Positions 16,932-20,000 of a stretch of 20,000 nucleotides of DNA are shown piece after piece. Made by a program: the position numbers and the translations under genes. Position 1 is the stretch's first letter. Each line of letters starts with the position of its first letter. This stretch comes from an uncultured virus (IMG/VR IMGVR_UViG_3300008113_006701) (taxonomy: Duplodnaviria; Heunggongvirae; Uroviricota; Caudoviricetes), in IMG/VR virus record IMGVR_UViG_3300008113_006701, one strand, 5' to 3'. The notes beneath the pieces were generated by a model. The model was not told the origin of the DNA and ran no database searches. It worked only from the letters and a program-made list of their open reading frames with translations.

Positions 16932-17636
16932 ATGACTAAGATTGGTATAGTTGGTTTAGGTATTGTTGGTGGTGCAATTGCAAATGCTACAAGCTTTATG
17001 AATACCTCGATTGTTATTGTAGATAGTGATCCTAATAAAGGAACTCATACCTACGATGATTTAATGCAATGTGACGGAGTGTTCATATGTACACCAACAC
17101 CTCAAAGTGATGATGGTACTTGTGACGTAAGCATTTTGTTATCAGTATTAGATAAACTAAAAAATTACGATGGTGTAATTATTAGTAAGTCAACTGCTCC
17201 TATTGGAGTGTATACTGAACTAAATGAAAAGTATCCCAATCTAGTTCATTCTCCAGAATTCTTAACCGAAGCAAATGCTTTTCATGATTATGTTCAAGGC
17301 GAGTTTGCCTTTATTGGGGGACGAGTAAAAGCATATCAACGAGAAGCCGAGCGATTGATTCGGTTGACGCAACCGAATCTTAAAGTGGTAACACATTGTT
17401 CGATAGGTGAAGCAGCACTTGCTAAGTATACTATCAATACATTTTTAGCAACTAAAGTATTATTCATGAATGAAATATATGACCTTGCTAAGAAAACAGA
17501 GTGTGATTTCAACCTTGTATCTAAAATGGTTACGCAAACCAGCCCATTATATGCAAGGATTCCTCAGGTAGACACCTACCAGAGGCCTTTGCACGTAATT
17601 ATACATGGAGTATACAAAGGGTTTGATGTAAGATAG
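16932..17636 (+). CDS. ugd: UDP-glucose/GDP-mannose dehydrogenase-like protein, apparently truncated after ~17537
   Basis: GLGIVG Rossmann motif, ICTPTP, KST, SPEFLTEANA, AKYTINTFLATKVLFMNE. The expected DxRIG...GGxCxPKD catalytic segment is replaced by unrelated sequence. Confidence 0.8.
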   Translation: MTKIGIVGLGIVGGAIANATSFMNTSIVIVDSDPNKGTHTYDDLMQCDGVFICTPTPQSDDGTCDVSILLSVLDKLKNYDGVIISKSTAPIGVYTELNEKYPNLVHSPEFLTEANAFHDYVQGEFAFIGGRVKAYQREAERLIRLTQPNLKVVTHCSIGEAALAKYTINTFLATKVLFMNEIYDLAKKTECDFNLVSKMVTQTSPLYARIPQVDTYQRPLHVIIHGVYKGFDVR

Positions 17637-17654
17637 TATTTTTCTAAACTACAA

Positions 17655-17692
17655 GAACCCTCGGTACCCCTAAAGTCCGAGGGTTTCCTTTT
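17655..17692 (+). terminator. Rho-independent terminator-like hairpin
   Basis: GAACCCTCGG / CCGAGGGTTT followed by CCTTTT. Confidence 0.7.
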
Positions 17693-17716
17693 ATAGACTT
17701 TTTAATAACCTTGTGC

Positions 17717-17745
17717 TTGACAGGGTTACTAAAAGGTGTTATAAT
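17717..17745 (+). promoter_or_regulatory. Sigma70 promoter for the tRNA array
   Basis: (TGC)TTGACA-N17-TATAAT with extended -10 TG. Confidence 0.85.
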
Positions 17746-17802
17746 TAGCACATGGATCAAAGAGATCTACAATTGTTCATTAAAAATTTGCGTACCATTT
17801 TT

Positions 17803-17876
17803 CCTCTTGTAGCTCAAAGGTAGAGCACCCGGCTGATAACCGGGAGACGTTGGTTCGATACCATCCGAGAGGACCA
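17803..17876 (+). tRNA. tRNA-Ile(GAT)
   Basis: Acceptor CCTCTTG/CGAGAGG, anticodon arm CCCGG-CTGATAA-CCGGG, TTCGA, encoded CCA. Confidence 0.93.
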
Positions 17877-17879
17877 GAT

Positions 17880-17955
17880 GTCCCGTTCGTCTAGAGGCCT
17901 AGGACGCTGCCCTTTCAAGGCGGAAACACGAGTTCGATTCTCGTACGGGACGCCA
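17880..17955 (+). tRNA. tRNA-Glu(TTC)
   Basis: GTCCCGT/ACGGGAC, CTGCC-CTTTCAA-GGCGG, CCA. Confidence 0.95.
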
Positions 17956-18063
17956 TATTAAAACACATTTCAGGTTGGACAATCTTCCGGAGATTGTTAT
18001 TTGGACTTGTAGACAAGTTTTGATACTTGTCGTAGTTAAGATACGGAGTGTGTTCTAATATGG
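17953..18063 (+). ncRNA. Putative structured RNA with ~19-bp closing stem and three internal hairpins
   Basis: CCATATTAAAACACATTTC pairs with GGAGTGTGTTCTAATATGG; internal ACAATCT/AGATTGT, ACTTG/CAAGT and CGTA-GTTAAGA-TACG. Confidence 0.55.
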
Positions 18064-18067
18064 TAAT

Positions 18068-18145
18068 GTATCGGTGGCAGAGCGGTCCAATGCAAGTGAT
18101 TGCAAATCACTAAAACCGGGGGTTCGAATCCCTCCCGATACTCCA
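18068..18145 (+). tRNA. tRNA-Cys(GCA)
   Basis: GTATCGG/CCGATAC, AGTGA-TTGCAAA-TCACT, U discriminator, CCA. Confidence 0.93.
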
Positions 18146-18154
18146 ATATAATGC

Positions 18155-18182
18155 TTGACATTTATTGTACAGGTGTTATAAT
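18155..18182 (+). promoter_or_regulatory. Internal sigma70 promoter
   Basis: (TGC)TTGACA-N16-TATAAT with extended -10 TG. Confidence 0.75.
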
Positions 18183-18194
18183 AGAAATAAGATA

Positions 18195-18270
18195 GGTCCT
18201 AAAGTGTTCATGGACGCACGCTAGCTTGTCACGCTAGAAGAGTGGGGCTCGATACCCCCTAGGACCGCCA
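18195..18270 (+). tRNA. tRNA-Asp(GTC)
   Basis: GGTCCTA/TAGGACC, CTAGC-TTGTCAC-GCTAG, G discriminator, CCA. Atypical A8 and T-loop CTCGATA. Confidence 0.88.
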
Positions 18271-18282
18271 TATTTTAGAGAT

Positions 18283-18366
18283 GCCCCGGTGGTGGAATGG
18301 TAGACACGTTGGTCTTAGAAGCCAATGTCGAAAGGCGTGAGAGTTCGAGTCTCTCCTGGGGTACCA
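18283..18366 (+). tRNA. tRNA-Leu(TAG)
   Basis: GCCCCGG/CTGGGGT, TTGGT-CTTAGAA-GCCAA, long variable arm, CCA. Confidence 0.95.
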
Positions 18367-18386
18367 TAAATATGTGACAAGATATT

Positions 18387-18461
18387 GGGCTGATAGTGAT
18401 AATGGGAGCACAGGGGCTTTGCAAGCCTTTAGTCGGGGTTCGATCCCCCGTCGGTCCACCA
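18387..18461 (+). tRNA. tRNA-Ala(TGC)
   Basis: GGGCTGA/TCGGTCC with G3:U70, loop TTTGCAA, CCA. Confidence 0.94.
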
Positions 18462-18478
18462 ATAATAATGAGGTTGTC

Positions 18479-18919
18479 ATGTTACATATAATAAAATCTC
18501 TTACAGATAGTTTTTTTAGTTTATTGAATGAGGATCCTGTTAGACCGAACATTCCGACTACGGAACGAGTAGGTGATAACAAAGATATCTTTGTTCTTCG
18601 GGATACAAATGATAAAGTATTAGCAATCACATGCGTAAGTTATCAGAACAATGTTCCAACAAAAGAATCTGAGTTGTTTGAAAAAGTAAACAATCCAGAC
18701 ATTGCGGTATTTTATACGATATGGAGTTATGCACCAGGTGCAGGCAAAACGCTTATATTTGATGCAGTAGCCCACATAGAAAATAATATGCCATACATAA
18801 AAAGGTTTGTTACATTGTCTCCTAAGACAGAAATGGCAAAGCGTTTTCACTTAAAGAACGGTGCTATTGTTTTTAGAGAGAATGAAGAAACCGTTAATTA
18901 TGAATATGTCCGTGTGTAG
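18479..18919 (+). CDS. 146-aa GNAT-fold protein resembling the malonyl-CoA decarboxylase catalytic domain
   Basis: ATG at 18479 with SD GAGG (the ORF-track start overlaps tRNA-Ala). Motifs AVFYTIWS, GAGKTLI, FVTLSP, RFHLKNGA. Confidence 0.65.
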   Translation: MLHIIKSLTDSFFSLLNEDPVRPNIPTTERVGDNKDIFVLRDTNDKVLAITCVSYQNNVPTKESELFEKVNNPDIAVFYTIWSYAPGAGKTLIFDAVAHIENNMPYIKRFVTLSPKTEMAKRFHLKNGAIVFRENEETVNYEYVRV

Positions 18920-18986
18920 CGCAGTCAGGTAGCGCTCCTGGTTTGGGACCAGGCGGTCGGAGGTTCGAATCCTTTCACACGGACCA
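18910..18986 (+). tRNA. tRNA-Pro(TGG)
   Basis: CCGTGTG/CACACGG, CCTGG-TTTGGGA-CCAGG, CCA. Confidence 0.95.
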
Positions 18987-18996
18987 AATTTTTTGC

Positions 18997-19024
18997 TTGA
19001 CTTTTATAGTCAAGTTGTTATAAT
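18997..19024 (+). promoter_or_regulatory. Internal sigma70 promoter with an inverted repeat over the -35
   Basis: (TGC)TTGACT-N16-TATAAT with extended -10 TG; CTTGACT-TTTAT-AGTCAAG inverted repeat. Confidence 0.7.
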
Positions 19025-19031
19025 AAGATAT

Positions 19032-19106
19032 TCCCTAGTAGCTCAGCGGTAGAGTAGATGACTGTTAATCATTTGGTCGGTGGTTCGATCCCACCCTGGG
19101 GAGCCA
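19032..19106 (+). tRNA. tRNA-Asn(GTT)
   Basis: TCCCTAG/CTGGGGA, GATGA-CTGTTAA-TCATT, CCA. Confidence 0.95.
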
Positions 19107-19114
19107 AGTATTTT

Positions 19115-19198
19115 GGAGATGTGGCAGAGTGGTCGATTGCGGCAGACTGTAAATCTGTTCTTAACAGCACGGTGGTTCGAATCCATCCGTCTCCACCA
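19115..19198 (+). tRNA. tRNA-Tyr(GTA)
   Basis: GGAGATG/CGTCTCC, GCAGA-CTGTAAA-TCTGT, long variable region, CCA. Confidence 0.94.
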
Positions 19199-19201
19199 AA
19201 T

Positions 19202-19277
19202 GCATCGTTAACTCAGTTGGTAGAGTTCCTGCCTTACACGCAGGCTGTCGGGAGTTCGAGTCTCTCACGATGCACCA
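19202..19277 (+). tRNA. tRNA-Val(TAC)
   Basis: GCATCGT/ACGATGC, CCTGC-CTTACAC-GCAGG, CCA. Confidence 0.95.
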
Positions 19278-19284
19278 AGTTTTT

Positions 19285-19358
19285 GCCCTGTTAGTTAAAT
19301 GGTAGAACACCTGTTTTGTAATCAGGGGACGGCAGTTCGATTCTGTCACGGGGCACCA
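19285..19358 (+). tRNA. tRNA-Thr(TGT)
   Basis: GCCCTGT/ACGGGGC, CCTGT-TTTGTAA-TCAGG (U:U at 31-39), CCA. Confidence 0.92.
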
Positions 19359-19363
19359 AATTA

Positions 19364-19438
19364 CTGCCGTTCGTTCAATGGATAGGACAGCATTCTTCTA
19401 AAGTGCGAATAGAGGTTCGATTCCTCTACGGCGGACCA
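19364..19438 (+). tRNA. tRNA-Arg(TCT)
   Basis: CTGCCGT/ACGGCGG, GCATT-CTTCTAA-AGTGC, CCA. Confidence 0.94.
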
Positions 19439-19446
19439 AGTTTATA

Positions 19447-19534
19447 GCGTCATAGGATGTAATGGGGTGCGGTTGCCTCAACCTTGAGCACTCAAGGTTT
19501 TCTTGCGTGGGTTCGAATCCCACATGATGCACCA
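19447..19534 (+). ncRNA. tRNA-like RNA 1: G3:U70 acceptor, no canonical anticodon loop
   Basis: GCGTCAT/ATGATGC + ACCA, canonical T arm GTGGG-TTCGAAT-CCCAC, central hairpin AACCTTGA-GCAC-TCAAGGTT. Confidence 0.7.
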
Positions 19535-19541
19535 AGTATAT

Positions 19542-19632
19542 GGACATGATGTGTCAATGACCTGATGCTGGTCTGAAACTTCGTAATAGCATACGAGGAA
19601 GAAGTGGGTTAGATTCCCAATGTTGTCCACCA
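19542..19632 (+). ncRNA. tRNA-like RNA 2 (degenerate D arm, long variable-like arm)
   Basis: GGACA/TGTCC + ACCA, TGGG-TTAGATT-CCCA, GACC-TGATGCT-GGTC, CTTCGTA-ATAGCA-TACGAGG. Confidence 0.6.
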
Positions 19633-19638
19633 AGTTTT

Positions 19639-19721
19639 GTGCGTTTGGTCTAAATGTTAGGGCGTCATGACATGGGGCTAGAAACCTCAAGATGCGGGTT
19701 CGAATCCCGTAACGCACACCA
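19639..19721 (+). ncRNA. tRNA-like RNA 3 (AGA loop, 8-nt insertion after the D arm)
   Basis: GTGCGTT/AACGCAC + ACCA, T arm GCGGG-TTCGAAT-CCCGT, TGGGG-CTAGAAA-CCTCA preceded by an extra GTCATGAC. Confidence 0.7.
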
Positions 19722-19724
19722 AGT

Positions 19725-19937
19725 TTTGTAAGTGTCAGCAAGAGAATGTCACGCTATAAAGGTTTCTTCGAAGGACTGATATAGTAGAAGGAGACGGGTT
19801 CGACTCCCGGCTGATCTTTGGAAGATCGGCGCAGATGGTTGCTATCTGGACTAGTATCCCAAGTGACGTACCGAGTCCCGGCCGGCTTAATTACACGGGT
19901 GAATGGTTCCTATAATGATGGTGGAACTACTTACAAA
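19725..19937 (+). ncRNA. Putative ~210-nt multibranched ncRNA
   Basis: Closing stem TTTGTAAGT/ACTTACAAA plus at least six internal helices, including a T-arm mimic. Confidence 0.6.
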
Positions 19938-20000
19938 TTCATATTGAAACACATTCATCATTGGTTGTTAGGAATACAGGATTGATAATCTTGACCTACA

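Noticed and set aside
19561..19600. Hammerhead ribozyme (CTGATG...GAAAC)
   Set aside because: The core reads CTGATGC rather than CUGANGA, there is no proper stem II, and no UH cleavage site after the putative stem III.
19669..19690. Amber suppressor tRNA (CTA in the loop)
   Set aside because: In the 7-nt loop CTAGAAA the anticodon position reads AGA; CTA occupies positions 32-34.
19032..19730. CRISPR-like array suggested by recurring CCAAGTTTT and GGTTCGA motifs
   Set aside because: The periodicity is explained by tRNA T arms and CCA ends; there are no identical 25-40-bp repeats.
18259..19741. ORF-track ORFs 18259-18630(-), 18620-18850(-), 19058-19294(+), 19161-19349(-), 19478-19741(-) and the 5' extension from 18374
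   Set aside because: They overlap tRNA genes or lie antisense to a better-supported CDS.

Overview
AT-rich fragment of a T4-like (Tevenvirinae-related) myophage genome, probably an environmental metagenomic assembly. It holds the core replication module (gp45, gp44, gp62, regA, hsp20, gp43, uvsX, gp40-like, gp41) and a minus-strand island with two paralogous glycine-rich adhesin-like genes and a DUF4337-like gene. Accessory genes include a signal-peptide DRGH nuclease, two HExxH metallopeptidases, a SWIM-finger protein and a UDP-glucose dehydrogenase-like gene. From about 17.7 kb there is a tRNA array with 12 canonical tRNAs. The most unusual content is in this array: three consecutive CCA-ended tRNA-like RNAs with aberrant anticodon/D domains, a ~210-nt multibranched RNA, a repeated long-stem RNA element, an rrn-like boxB/boxA leader, and a miniature malonyl-CoA-decarboxylase/GNAT-like gene whose stop codon lies inside tRNA-Pro. 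A ROSE-like thermometer precedes the hsp20 operon. gp44, gp41 and the dehydrogenase each have an apparent deletion and gp43 has an N gap; these are most likely assembly artefacts. All calls are by eye, with no database searches.
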